A stretch of 64,000 nt of DNA from an archaeon UBA583. Lineage in GTDB: Archaea; Nanobdellota; Nanobdellia; Woesearchaeales; UBA583. The notes beneath the pieces are model-generated. The model saw only the letters and a list, made by a program, of their open reading frames with translations. It made no database searches and was not told the DNA's origin. The DNA is taken from positions 17,269-81,268 of the forward strand of contig DAXK01000032.1 of NCBI GenBank assembly GCA_002506365.1. Direction: 5' to 3'. Position 1 is the stretch's first letter. Each line of letters opens with the position of its first letter. This document shows, piece by piece, positions 9,343 to 17,949 of this stretch. The translations under genes were made by a program, and so were the position numbers.

Positions 9343-10332
9343 TTATTGAAAAATATCATAAATTTGACGAGATTTATTTGATAAATTTTTATAATTATTT
9401 AAAGAAATTAAACTTAAGTTTTTCATATCTAATAATAAATTATCCATAGACTCATTCCAATTATGAGTAAAATTACATTCAGTTAATTTCCCATATTTAC
9501 TTTCAAATCCAGCATTTAACACTGATTCTAATCCATTTTGAGCTAAAGGACCACCCAAAATACCATTTTCAATACTATGAGGATTTTCTACACAAATATT
9601 ATAAGTTTTCAAAACTGGTCTTACAACATTTACAGATTTTAAAACTTCCACAGATTCCAAAGGTCCTTTAAATTCTACAATTTTTTCAGATTTAATAATC
9701 TCATTATTTGAAATTAAATTTGTCTTTAAAGTTAAATCTACACTAGATTCAAAAAATAATTTACTTGAACTATCTAAATAAGGGAAAAAAGAGTCAGATT
9801 TATCTAAATTAGAATCTGAATTAAAATTATTTGAATAATTTTGAACAAAATCAGTTATTAAGTCCCCAGATAGATCTGGAAATAAATTATTAAATAAAGT
9901 TAAATTAATTGGCTTTTTACTCAAAATATAAGAAGAATCAATTTCATTTAAAGTATTTACATCACTAGATTCAACAGATTCGCCCAATCCATCTATATTA
10001 TCGCCAACTAATCCAAAACTACCATTATCAAAAAATAAATTCCTTAAACTCAAACTAAAATCAAAATTAGAATCCAAAATTGAAGTTAAATTAAAATCAG
10101 TATTAAAATTAGTTTTAAAATCATAATCTAAAACTTGTTTATACACACTAGAAACATTTGAATTAAAATCTAAATTATCATCATAATTCACAAATCCATA
10201 ATAACCAGATAACCCAATAGGAATAGTTAAAACCATATTTCTTAACAAATTACTTTTTTTCTTTTTAAAAATATCCCTTCCACCATTTTTATTAAATGGA
10301 TCACTAAATGAAGAAGAATTTACAAATACCAT
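9343..10332 (-). CDS. N-terminally anchored extracytoplasmic protein, paralog of 10454..11023 through a shared C-terminal domain
   Basis: TM segment LLRNMVLTIPIGLSGYYGF. C-terminal GLESVLNAGFESKYGKLTECNFTHNWNESMDNLLLDMKN aligns with the neighbour's YLEILNKGMENSYGANTGCEFTNNWYSNAVALLNDMKN. Confidence 0.65.
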   Translation of the reverse strand: MVFVNSSSFSDPFNKNGGRDIFKKKKSNLLRNMVLTIPIGLSGYYGFVNYDDNLDFNSNVSSVYKQVLDYDFKTNFNTDFNLTSILDSNFDFSLSLRNLFFDNGSFGLVGDNIDGLGESVESSDVNTLNEIDSSYILSKKPINLTLFNNLFPDLSGDLITDFVQNYSNNFNSDSNLDKSDSFFPYLDSSSKLFFESSVDLTLKTNLISNNEIIKSEKIVEFKGPLESVEVLKSVNVVRPVLKTYNICVENPHSIENGILGGPLAQNGLESVLNAGFESKYGKLTECNFTHNWNESMDNLLLDMKNLSLISLNNYKNLSNKSRQIYDIFQ

Positions 10333-10352
10333 AATCTTAAAAAACTTTTTTA

Positions 10353-10386
10353 GCTTATAAAACTATTCTAAGTTATAACTTATAAG
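10353..10386 (-). promoter_or_regulatory. TATA-like box plus CTTATAAGTTATAAC upstream motif
   Basis: TATA 21-31 nt upstream of the ATG at 10332. The motif resembles those at 9240-9253 and 11066-11079. Confidence 0.3.
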
Positions 10387-10453
10387 TAGAAACAATTGTG
10401 GTAATTTGAAAAGAATAAAAAATAAGTAAATAAAATATAAAAATATTAATAAA

Positions 10454-11023
10454 TTAATTTAATTCATTATTTAATGCATTAGTTGTATTTAATAAAGTTT
10501 GATATGAACCTGATTCAACTGTCTCATTGTTTTTCATATCATTTAATAAAGCAACTGCATTACTATACCAATTATTTGTAAATTCACAACCAGTATTAGC
10601 ACCATAAGAATTTTCCATACCTTTATTTAAAATTTCCAAATAATCTTTAGAATTATCTAACCCTAAAACATTTTGACCTTTACATATCTCATAACCTGAA
10701 AAATCTGGTGAAATTTCCTCCTTAACTGGTAGCATACTCTCTAATCCAGTTTTAACTAAAGGAACACTAGCTTGAGATTCATCATGAGAAGTTAAATAAG
10801 GTTTAGTTAAACTTTCATTTGGTTTTGGTAAATGATTTTGAGGGTTTAAAGCATAAGCAGTTCCAGAAATTACATCAGAAATATTATCAGTATTATTATA
10901 AACTAAAGTTCCTAATGCTAAAATTCCAGCAATTCCTGCCCCAATAAAGCTATTTCTACCTAAATTTGATTTTTTATAATTTTTAACACTACTTAATCCA
11001 GCGTTATATGCATCGTAATTCAT
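10454..11023 (-). CDS. N-terminally anchored extracytoplasmic protein, paralog of 9343..10332
   Basis: TM segment SFIGAGIAGILALGTLVY. Conserved C-terminal Cys-containing domain shared with the neighbouring gene. Confidence 0.65.
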   Translation of the reverse strand: MNYDAYNAGLSSVKNYKKSNLGRNSFIGAGIAGILALGTLVYNNTDNISDVISGTAYALNPQNHLPKPNESLTKPYLTSHDESQASVPLVKTGLESMLPVKEEISPDFSGYEICKGQNVLGLDNSKDYLEILNKGMENSYGANTGCEFTNNWYSNAVALLNDMKNNETVESGSYQTLLNTTNALNNELN

Positions 11024-11044
11024 AAATATAATTAAGAAATAGTT

Positions 11045-11079
11045 ATTTATAAATGTATCTTTATTGTTGTAACTTTAAG
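11045..11079 (-). promoter_or_regulatory. TATA-like box (ATTTATAAAT) plus CTTAAAGTTACAAC upstream motif
   Basis: TATA 22-31 nt upstream of the ATG at 11023. Motif shared with 9240-9253. Confidence 0.35.
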
Positions 11080-11102
11080 ATACAACAATAAATATTACAA
11101 AA

Positions 11103-12281
11103 TTAAGGTTGTCCTAAAACTTGATTTATGTGAGCTTTCACAAAATTTGAAGCCTCATCAACACTATTAATTTGTTGATTATCAAAAAACTTAAACATAT
11201 TAGAAATAATTAAAATATGTTTATCAACACTTGCATCATCACAAGGTAAAGTTAAAAAATCCCTAATTACAACATCATTAAACAATTTTATTTTATTTTT
11301 AAAATTTCCATCAAAATGTAACTCTGACTCAACAAATCTTTCAAAAAATTCTAAATACTTTTGTTTAATAGTTGGATTACCAATATTTACAGCTAATTTA
11401 GAAATATCTCCAACCATTTCCTTTATTTCAACATCAGCTAAATGATTTGAAATAACTGGTTCAATCTTAATATCCCCACCAGTTTTATTAATATATGATT
11501 CAATATCATTTTTAGTTTTAAAATTAGCTGTTGGTAATTGCATAATTAAAGCTTTAATTTTTTCACTATATTCATCAAATTGTATTTCATCAGTCAAATT
11601 TTTCAAATATTCCTCACACATATACTTATTAAAAAAAACAACTTCATTAACCTTAATTAATTGAGAATTAAATTCCTTATTTGCTTCTAACATACCTGAT
11701 AAAAAAGATAATAAACCATTTTCATAAACTTGAAATACTTTAATATTCTTTGATTTATCAACTTTTTCGATAGTTTTTACAACTGTTTCAATTCTTCTAT
11801 AAATTTCACCTAACTTAGAAGTTTCATTAATTAAAACATCATCAGATTTAATTGTTGCTCCAACTAACTTAAAAACTTCATCAATCTTTTGAGAATATTG
11901 TGACAAAGTTTGTAAAAAACTTCCGTGATTATCTCCACCATCTCCAAAATAAGTTTTCAACTGATCAGGATTAGTAACTGTTGAAATTTTATTTAACCAA
12001 TTAATTAATTCACTTGTAAAAGTATCAATTTGAGTAATTGTTTCAAATGTTTGTTGATTATTTGCAGCATAATAAATTTGAGTTTCATTCCCTTTTCTCA
12101 TCCCAAAAGATTTCTTAAACATTTGACCAAGTGGAGCATTCATAAATCCTGAAACTGAATTTAATCCATTAATTTCCTCAATAGATAACTGATTTAAACC
12201 CTTTAAATTTTGTTCAATTGACTTTAACTCATTATTTATTTTTTGAAATTCTGTAACTAACAATTTAATATTTTTCACCAT
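11103..12281 (-). CDS. Large predicted helical protein, unknown function (module 2 partner)
   Basis: 392-aa ORF starting 2 nt after the stop of the upstream membrane protein gene. Local similarity to the 451-aa protein (KEFNSQLIKVNEVVFF vs GEFNSQYSENEVAFMA). Confidence 0.7.
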   Translation of the reverse strand: MVKNIKLLVTEFQKINNELKSIEQNLKGLNQLSIEEINGLNSVSGFMNAPLGQMFKKSFGMRKGNETQIYYAANNQQTFETITQIDTFTSELINWLNKISTVTNPDQLKTYFGDGGDNHGSFLQTLSQYSQKIDEVFKLVGATIKSDDVLINETSKLGEIYRRIETVVKTIEKVDKSKNIKVFQVYENGLLSFLSGMLEANKEFNSQLIKVNEVVFFNKYMCEEYLKNLTDEIQFDEYSEKIKALIMQLPTANFKTKNDIESYINKTGGDIKIEPVISNHLADVEIKEMVGDISKLAVNIGNPTIKQKYLEFFERFVESELHFDGNFKNKIKLFNDVVIRDFLTLPCDDASVDKHILIISNMFKFFDNQQINSVDEASNFVKAHINQVLGQP

Positions 12282-12283
12282 TT

Positions 12284-13036
12284 TTATTTAACCTCCATAT
12301 TTTGTTTAATATTTTTTAAACTTGAATTAATATTTGCTACACTCTTTTGAATTGAATCAATATTATTTTTAGCAGCAACAACTTTAGGATCAAACTCCTT
12401 ATTCTCACTCATCTCATTTGTTTTCTTTTTTCTAAATTTAAGTAAACCAACAACAATTGCTCCAAGTATTAAATATCCAAAAGCACCATATAAAAATTCA
12501 TAAACTAAAATCCAAAACTCAGAAGAATCAAACTCAATCATCTTTTCAACATAAATTGCTAAAATTAAAAAAACAAAAGAAAGCATTGCTAATAAATTAA
12601 AAGTTCTCCACTTAGACTCTTTATCACCCATATTATAAACCCAATGAATTAAACTAGCTCCAATTAAAGCTAATAAGAAAAATCCAACAGACCCACCAAA
12701 TAAAACAATTGCTTTATCAATATCTCCATCCTTAGCAAACATATAAAACATTCCAGTAACACCAATCAAAGAAATCATCATTGCAACAGTCCCTGTTTCC
12801 TTTTGATGACTTGAACCAAAAACAGGTTTTAAAGCAATTTTTAAAATATTAAAAAAACCTAACAAATAAGCAATAAAAATTAAAGCAAAAACTACAAACT
12901 TATTATTTAATAAACCAAAAATACCATTTTCTCCAAAAATTGAAACAAACGGTTTAAATAAAATAAAAGTTTCAGCAAAAACACCTTGTAAAGCTAAAAA
13001 CATTGCTAAAAATACAAAAACTAATTTTTTAATCAT
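12284..13036 (-). CDS. Polytopic membrane protein with signal peptide and coiled-coil-like tail (module 2)
   Basis: ATG at 13036 preferred (the ORF track starts at a TTG at 13042). Paralog of 16819..17778: QKETGTVAMMISLIGVTGMFYMF..LFGGSVGFFLLAL vs QKEINVIALMLSIIGTTGIFFIF..LFGGSVGLLFVLF. Confidence 0.7.
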   Translation of the reverse strand: MIKKLVFVFLAMFLALQGVFAETFILFKPFVSIFGENGIFGLLNNKFVVFALIFIAYLLGFFNILKIALKPVFGSSHQKETGTVAMMISLIGVTGMFYMFAKDGDIDKAIVLFGGSVGFFLLALIGASLIHWVYNMGDKESKWRTFNLLAMLSFVFLILAIYVEKMIEFDSSEFWILVYEFLYGAFGYLILGAIVVGLLKFRKKKTNEMSENKEFDPKVVAAKNNIDSIQKSVANINSSLKNIKQNMEVK

Positions 13037-13057
13037 AATCAAAAACCAACAAAAATA

Positions 13058-13080
13058 CTTTATATAAGTTTCGTTTCAAA
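13058..13080 (-). promoter_or_regulatory. Putative promoter of module 2 (TATA-like CTTTATATAAG plus AAGTTTCGTTTCAA)
   Basis: Lies 21 nt from the ATG. 16/22 identical (13/14 in the distal part) to the element at 17799-17820, which has the same spacing. Confidence 0.45.
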
Positions 13081-13107
13081 AAATATAATGAATTAAGAAA
13101 AAAATAT

Positions 13108-13518
13108 TTATTCCCAAATATTATACCAAACACCAACATAATGGACAACAACATACAAAAAGAAAATATAAGCTAAAACAAAAACAATCAAACTAACTAA
13201 AATTGTATTAATAATTTTAGTTCTCTCCCTTTTAACCTTATCTATTGAACAAATTCCTTGCCGTCTAAAATAAAAAAATAAAAATATAGCTAAAAATAAT
13301 AATCCAACTCCTCTAAAAACCCAACGATAAGTTCCATAAAATAAATCACTTAAACTCGCAGCAAAACTAACTGAAGCTAAACCTAACATTACTAAAATTA
13401 ATGGAGATAAACAACACATACTCGCAAACAAAACTGGCAAACCAGTTAAATTAAGATATTTACGATAAACACTTTCTTGATTTGAATTATTATCTTCATT
13501 TAAAATTTCTTTTTCCAT
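13108..13518 (-). CDS. Small membrane protein with MerT/MerF-like CC motif in its first TM helix
   Basis: LPVLFASMCCLSPLILVMLGLASV resembles the TM1 vicinal-Cys motif of mercury transporters. 3-4 TM helices. Start taken at the internal ATG (MEKEIL..). Confidence 0.4.
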   Translation of the reverse strand: MEKEILNEDNNSNQESVYRKYLNLTGLPVLFASMCCLSPLILVMLGLASVSFAASLSDLFYGTYRWVFRGVGLLFLAIFLFFYFRRQGICSIDKVKRERTKIINTILVSLIVFVLAYIFFLYVVVHYVGVWYNIWE

Positions 13519-13586
13519 AAAATAAAATATTAAAATATACATATAAAATAATTCTTTAACACTTAAAAATTAATTAAAATTAAATA

Positions 13587-14057
13587 CTAATTTTTAATAG
13601 GATTCAAAACATCATGCATATCATTACTAAAATTCACTAAACAACGATTTAATATTAAATTCTCCCTTTTAGTCAATAATTTATGTTCATCCCAAGTTTG
13701 TAATAAACATAAAATCATATTACAATAATTAATTGAATCATGTAAAACAAAATTTTGATGATTTAAATTCATAATAATCTTAAAATTTGGACCTAAAACT
13801 AACTTAATCTTTGAAACTAAATTTCTTAAATGCTTTAACTCATCTAAATGATTTGGTCTTGTAGCATTCAAATGTCTCGGATTTGTTGGTAAAAAATGTT
13901 CTAAATCAACAATTAATTCCTTTAAATCCAAAAGTTTTTTAGAATTAATTTTTGATGAACAATTAACAGCATCAATAGAATTATCAACATCAATCTTTTC
14001 AACTAAATCCTTTGAAAAAAACTTTCTAATCAAAGATAAATCTATTAAACCTAACAT
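13587..14057 (-). CDS. Hypothetical protein
   Basis: 156-aa ORF co-directional with and downstream of the module 1 genes. No recognisable motif. Confidence 0.5.
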   Translation of the reverse strand: MLGLIDLSLIRKFFSKDLVEKIDVDNSIDAVNCSSKINSKKLLDLKELIVDLEHFLPTNPRHLNATRPNHLDELKHLRNLVSKIKLVLGPNFKIIMNLNHQNFVLHDSINYCNMILCLLQTWDEHKLLTKRENLILNRCLVNFSNDMHDVLNPIKN

Positions 14058-14123
14058 ATAAATAAATTAACAAATTGACTTTATAATAAAATGTATATTT
14101 ATTTAGTGATTACTAATAAATAC

Positions 14124-15458
14124 CTATTTTAAATATTTTCCCAAGATATTATTTAAATTAACAATAAGTTGTTTTATATCTTTTAAATCCGAATTACTCT
14201 GAATATTTTTCTTCTTCCAAATTTTCACAATATCAACACCTATAGAACAATCAACCATCAAATCATCACACTCACTAACTAAATCAGTAGTCCTTTTTGA
14301 ATTATCAACCATAACAAAAGAATTGTAAAAACTATGTAAATAATTTTCAAGATTCTCAAAATTTAAAATTAAATTATCCCAATCACAAAACCTAATTTCA
14401 GAACTACCTATTTTATTTAATCCACTCAAAGAATCAACAATTATTTTTTTAATACCTTGAGGTGAATTTAATTGTTTATATCCTGATTTTTTAGAATTAA
14501 ACTCATCATTATTATTATTTGAATTTTTACCAGAATTTTGGTCAGCTGATTTTGATTTAGATTCTGAATAAAAAGAATTAACCATACTCCTAATTTCTAC
14601 ATCCTTTAATCTATCTCCCTCAACCAACTTCACAACCTTTGACAAATTATCTAAAAAATAATTTTGGCCACTTTGAAAATCAGCAAAACTTAAAGTTGAA
14701 ATCAAAGTTTTATAAAAATAAACAAACCTACTAAAATTCTCCCCAATAGTCATAATTTTAATTTTACTAAACTTAGACTTAATTAAATACTGGTTTTTTA
14801 AATCTGCTAAAAAATAAACAACCTTTGAATCAAATAATTTAAAATCCTTTGTCGAAGTAAAATGAGAAATCACCTGAAACAAATTATTAAAATGATTCTC
14901 AAACTCAACATCTGAAACTTGATCATTCTCAAAAGCACCCATATTCTCATTAATCTGTTTCTCATAATCAGTAAAATCTCGTCCCGCAACCTTAACATAT
15001 TTATCAACTAAATAAGTTTTCAAAATTTTATTCCACAAACCAATTGTATTCTCATCATAAGGACTTGGTAAACTAACTTTATTATTCTCAGGCAAATTAC
15101 CAACAATTCTTTCCAATAACTCCTGAGAAATTCCAAAATGTTTTTCAAAATCACTTTTTTTATGAAACATCAAAGTATCTAAAAAATTATTATCATTAAT
15201 TAACACATACTCTTTTTCTGAAACCTTATACACCTTAATAACAAAATCTCTAAAAGACTTATCACTAAACTCAACTGACTCAACATCTAAAAATAACATA
15301 AAATTTTGAGCTTCACTAGAAGCATCCATTATAAAATGAAAATCATTATAAGAAACATAAAACTTTGAACCTATTTTTAAATCCAAAATTTTATTAGGGC
15401 TCTTTGGACTAATTCCCAAACTATCCTGAATATTCCTTATATCATCAACCATTTTCAA
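14124..15458 (-). CDS. Large predicted helical protein, unknown function (module 1, third gene)
   Basis: 444-aa ORF starting 2 nt after the stop of the upstream gene. Has a low-complexity N/S/K linker. Confidence 0.7.
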   Translation of the reverse strand: MKMVDDIRNIQDSLGISPKSPNKILDLKIGSKFYVSYNDFHFIMDASSEAQNFMLFLDVESVEFSDKSFRDFVIKVYKVSEKEYVLINDNNFLDTLMFHKKSDFEKHFGISQELLERIVGNLPENNKVSLPSPYDENTIGLWNKILKTYLVDKYVKVAGRDFTDYEKQINENMGAFENDQVSDVEFENHFNNLFQVISHFTSTKDFKLFDSKVVYFLADLKNQYLIKSKFSKIKIMTIGENFSRFVYFYKTLISTLSFADFQSGQNYFLDNLSKVVKLVEGDRLKDVEIRSMVNSFYSESKSKSADQNSGKNSNNNNDEFNSKKSGYKQLNSPQGIKKIIVDSLSGLNKIGSSEIRFCDWDNLILNFENLENYLHSFYNSFVMVDNSKRTTDLVSECDDLMVDCSIGVDIVKIWKKKNIQSNSDLKDIKQLIVNLNNILGKYLK

Positions 15459-15460
15459 AA

Positions 15461-16816
15461 TTATCTAGGCAACTTAAAACCATTAACAATATTCGCAGTA
15501 GTTAATAAAATATCTTTTAATGACTCTTCAGCATATGTTGAATTAAACTCTCTTTTCAACTTAACTTCTAAAGATTTCAAATTAGCAACTACTGCCTTAA
15601 CTTCATCTAAAGTAATGTTAATTCCTCCATAAACTAAAATTTCATAAATAAACCTTCCAACATTTTCACTATTATCTAAACCATTAATTGTTAAAAAATA
15701 ATTTACTGGAGTTAATAATTTTTTAAGTTCAAGTTGATACATTGAATCAGATTTAATACTATTTCCTAAAGAAATAAATCCAATCATAACATCAACATTT
15801 GTTCTAATACCATTAACAAATTTATCTTTATCTACACCATCCATATCAACTCCAGAATTTGATTCTTCCTTTGGTTTTGGTTTCTCATAAATCTTTTTAA
15901 CCTTCTCAACTTTTGACTTTTTAGACTTTAATAAATGTAATAAAGTTTCTTCAACAAATGAATCAATTTTTTCTTTCTTTTCATCATCTAAAACATTATA
16001 TGTTTTACATTCACCCAATTTAGTAATATCTAAACCTACATCATCTAATAAATTCTTTAAAGAATTATATCTATTATAACCATAATCTCCCGCGAAAAAT
16101 CTCTCTGCAAAAATATTAATTGACTTATCTAATTTCCCCATCTCCGCCATAAAAGCAACTTCATTCTCTGAATACTGTGAATTAAATTCTCCAGAATATT
16201 GATATAAATTTGATAAAATTTTAGCTAAAGAATAAAATAAACTTCCTTTATCAATACTCTCGGATAAATGTTTCTCAAAATCAGAATAAAAAGCAACAAA
16301 AAACTTAGCCGAATGTTCAACAGTTAACTCAACAGCATTAACAACCCCACTTAACTTATCAACCAAAGATGGAACATAATTAAATAATTTTCTAACAGCA
16401 TCATACTTATTTTTATTATAATGACTAATTCTATCAATTAATAATTTATTTGTTGAAACATGTTCAAAAGTAGTTTGACCTAAAAATTCTCTAATTGAAT
16501 CCTCTTCATCCTTAACTGACTTTTTCAAATCTTCACAAAACCCTAAAAATTCATTAGCATCATTCTCCAAAGCATTAAAAATTTCTTTATATAAATTATC
16601 ATCATTTAACTTTGAATCTTTTGTAAATACATCCAAAGCCTCAACTTCATTTTCCCCAAAAGATTTCACATCTGAAATAATATTTAAAAACCTATTAACT
16701 TCAACTAAAATTTTATCATTTTCCTCTCTATAAATTTGAAACTTTTGTGCAAATGTTGATTTTAAATTACTATTAACTTTAACCTTATCCTCAAAACTTT
16801 TTCCTCCTACTGCCAT
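15461..16816 (-). CDS. Large predicted helical protein, unknown function (module 1 partner, related to 11103..12281)
   Basis: 451-aa ORF starting 2 nt after the stop of the membrane protein gene. Shares the EFNSQ..NEV.F block with the 392-aa protein. Confidence 0.7.
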   Translation of the reverse strand: MAVGGKSFEDKVKVNSNLKSTFAQKFQIYREENDKILVEVNRFLNIISDVKSFGENEVEALDVFTKDSKLNDDNLYKEIFNALENDANEFLGFCEDLKKSVKDEEDSIREFLGQTTFEHVSTNKLLIDRISHYNKNKYDAVRKLFNYVPSLVDKLSGVVNAVELTVEHSAKFFVAFYSDFEKHLSESIDKGSLFYSLAKILSNLYQYSGEFNSQYSENEVAFMAEMGKLDKSINIFAERFFAGDYGYNRYNSLKNLLDDVGLDITKLGECKTYNVLDDEKKEKIDSFVEETLLHLLKSKKSKVEKVKKIYEKPKPKEESNSGVDMDGVDKDKFVNGIRTNVDVMIGFISLGNSIKSDSMYQLELKKLLTPVNYFLTINGLDNSENVGRFIYEILVYGGINITLDEVKAVVANLKSLEVKLKREFNSTYAEESLKDILLTTANIVNGFKLPR

Positions 16817-16818
16817 TT

Positions 16819-17778
16819 TTATAATCCTCCTCCACGCTTTAACTCATTTGAAATCTCTGTTAAAATATCGTGTTGCTTATTAACACTATCCTTAACATTT
16901 TTTAATCCAGGTCCCATTCTTGATAAATGTCCTTGCATTTTTTTAACATTCTTTTTAATTTCAGGAGATAATTCACCCTCAGTTTTTTTCTTTCCCGTTT
17001 TCTTTTTCCCACCAGAAAACAAATTTCCTAAAAACCCATTATCACTTGAACTATCAGACTTAACTTGCTCAACCTCATCAGGTTTTTTCTTTAAAGCCAT
17101 TAATCCAAAAATCACTCCAAAAAAAATTAACCAAGTTAAAATTGCTGAACCATTATTATAAATAACTAAAAAAATATTATAATCACTCAAACTAGTACAA
17201 CTAACATTTTTAGCAGCCCCAGTAACTTTACAACCCAAAGATTTTAAAACTTGCCCAGCATAACCAATAATTAAAAATAAAGAACAAATCGCACCTAACG
17301 CAACAATAGAAATCCAACCTGCACCTTTACCTAAAGGCCCATCCGTATTTTCAAAACTTTTCGCAAAATCAATAAAAAATCTCATAATTAAAACACAAAT
17401 AAATAAAACAAACAATAAACCAACTGAACCACCAAACAAACTAATTAAACCTGACGCATCAGTTCTAAAAATAAAAAAAATCCCAGTAGTTCCAATGATA
17501 GATAACATTAAAGCAATTACATTAATTTCCTTTTGACCAAATTGACCACTTCCATCAACCTTACCAAAACTAAATCTTAAAAGTCCCTTAAATAAAGCAA
17601 ATGTCCCAACAATCATTGCAAAAAACATAAAACCTAAAACAACTTTCTCATTTAAAATTAAAGTTGATATAGTTGTTCCAAATTTAATAAAAGTGTCTTG
17701 GATAACACTAGCACCAAACCCAACTGGCAAAAAAGCAGTTAAAACTAATGCTAAAAGCGATAATTTATTCTTAAACAT
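16819..17778 (-). CDS. Polytopic membrane protein with signal peptide and Lys-rich coiled-coil-like tail (module 1)
   Basis: Signal-like LSLLALVLTAFLPVGFGA and about 5 TM helices. Paralog of 12284..13036. Confidence 0.7.
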   Translation of the reverse strand: MFKNKLSLLALVLTAFLPVGFGASVIQDTFIKFGTTISTLILNEKVVLGFMFFAMIVGTFALFKGLLRFSFGKVDGSGQFGQKEINVIALMLSIIGTTGIFFIFRTDASGLISLFGGSVGLLFVLFICVLIMRFFIDFAKSFENTDGPLGKGAGWISIVALGAICSLFLIIGYAGQVLKSLGCKVTGAAKNVSCTSLSDYNIFLVIYNNGSAILTWLIFFGVIFGLMALKKKPDEVEQVKSDSSSDNGFLGNLFSGGKKKTGKKKTEGELSPEIKKNVKKMQGHLSRMGPGLKNVKDSVNKQHDILTEISNELKRGGGL

Positions 17779-17798
17779 AGTTCAAATTCAAAAAAAAG

Positions 17799-17820
17799 CA
17801 TATTTAAAGTTTTGTTTCAA
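17799..17820 (-). promoter_or_regulatory. Putative promoter of module 1 (TATA-like CATATTTAAAG plus AAGTTTTGTTTCAA)
   Basis: Lies 20 nt from the ATG. Matches the module 2 element at 13058-13079. Confidence 0.45.
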
Positions 17821-17949
17821 CTTAACCAAAATGAAAATAAAAAATGCCATTCAAAATAGAAATATTAACTATAATTTTTTTAATATACCAAAACTAAAAT
17901 AAAAAATAAATAAAAATAAAAAAATAAATGAAGAAAATTTAATCAAACA

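Noticed and set aside
17693-17902. 69-aa plus-strand ORF across the module 1 promoter region
   Set aside because: It overlaps the 5' end of the membrane protein gene and its promoter. It has low-complexity composition and no support.
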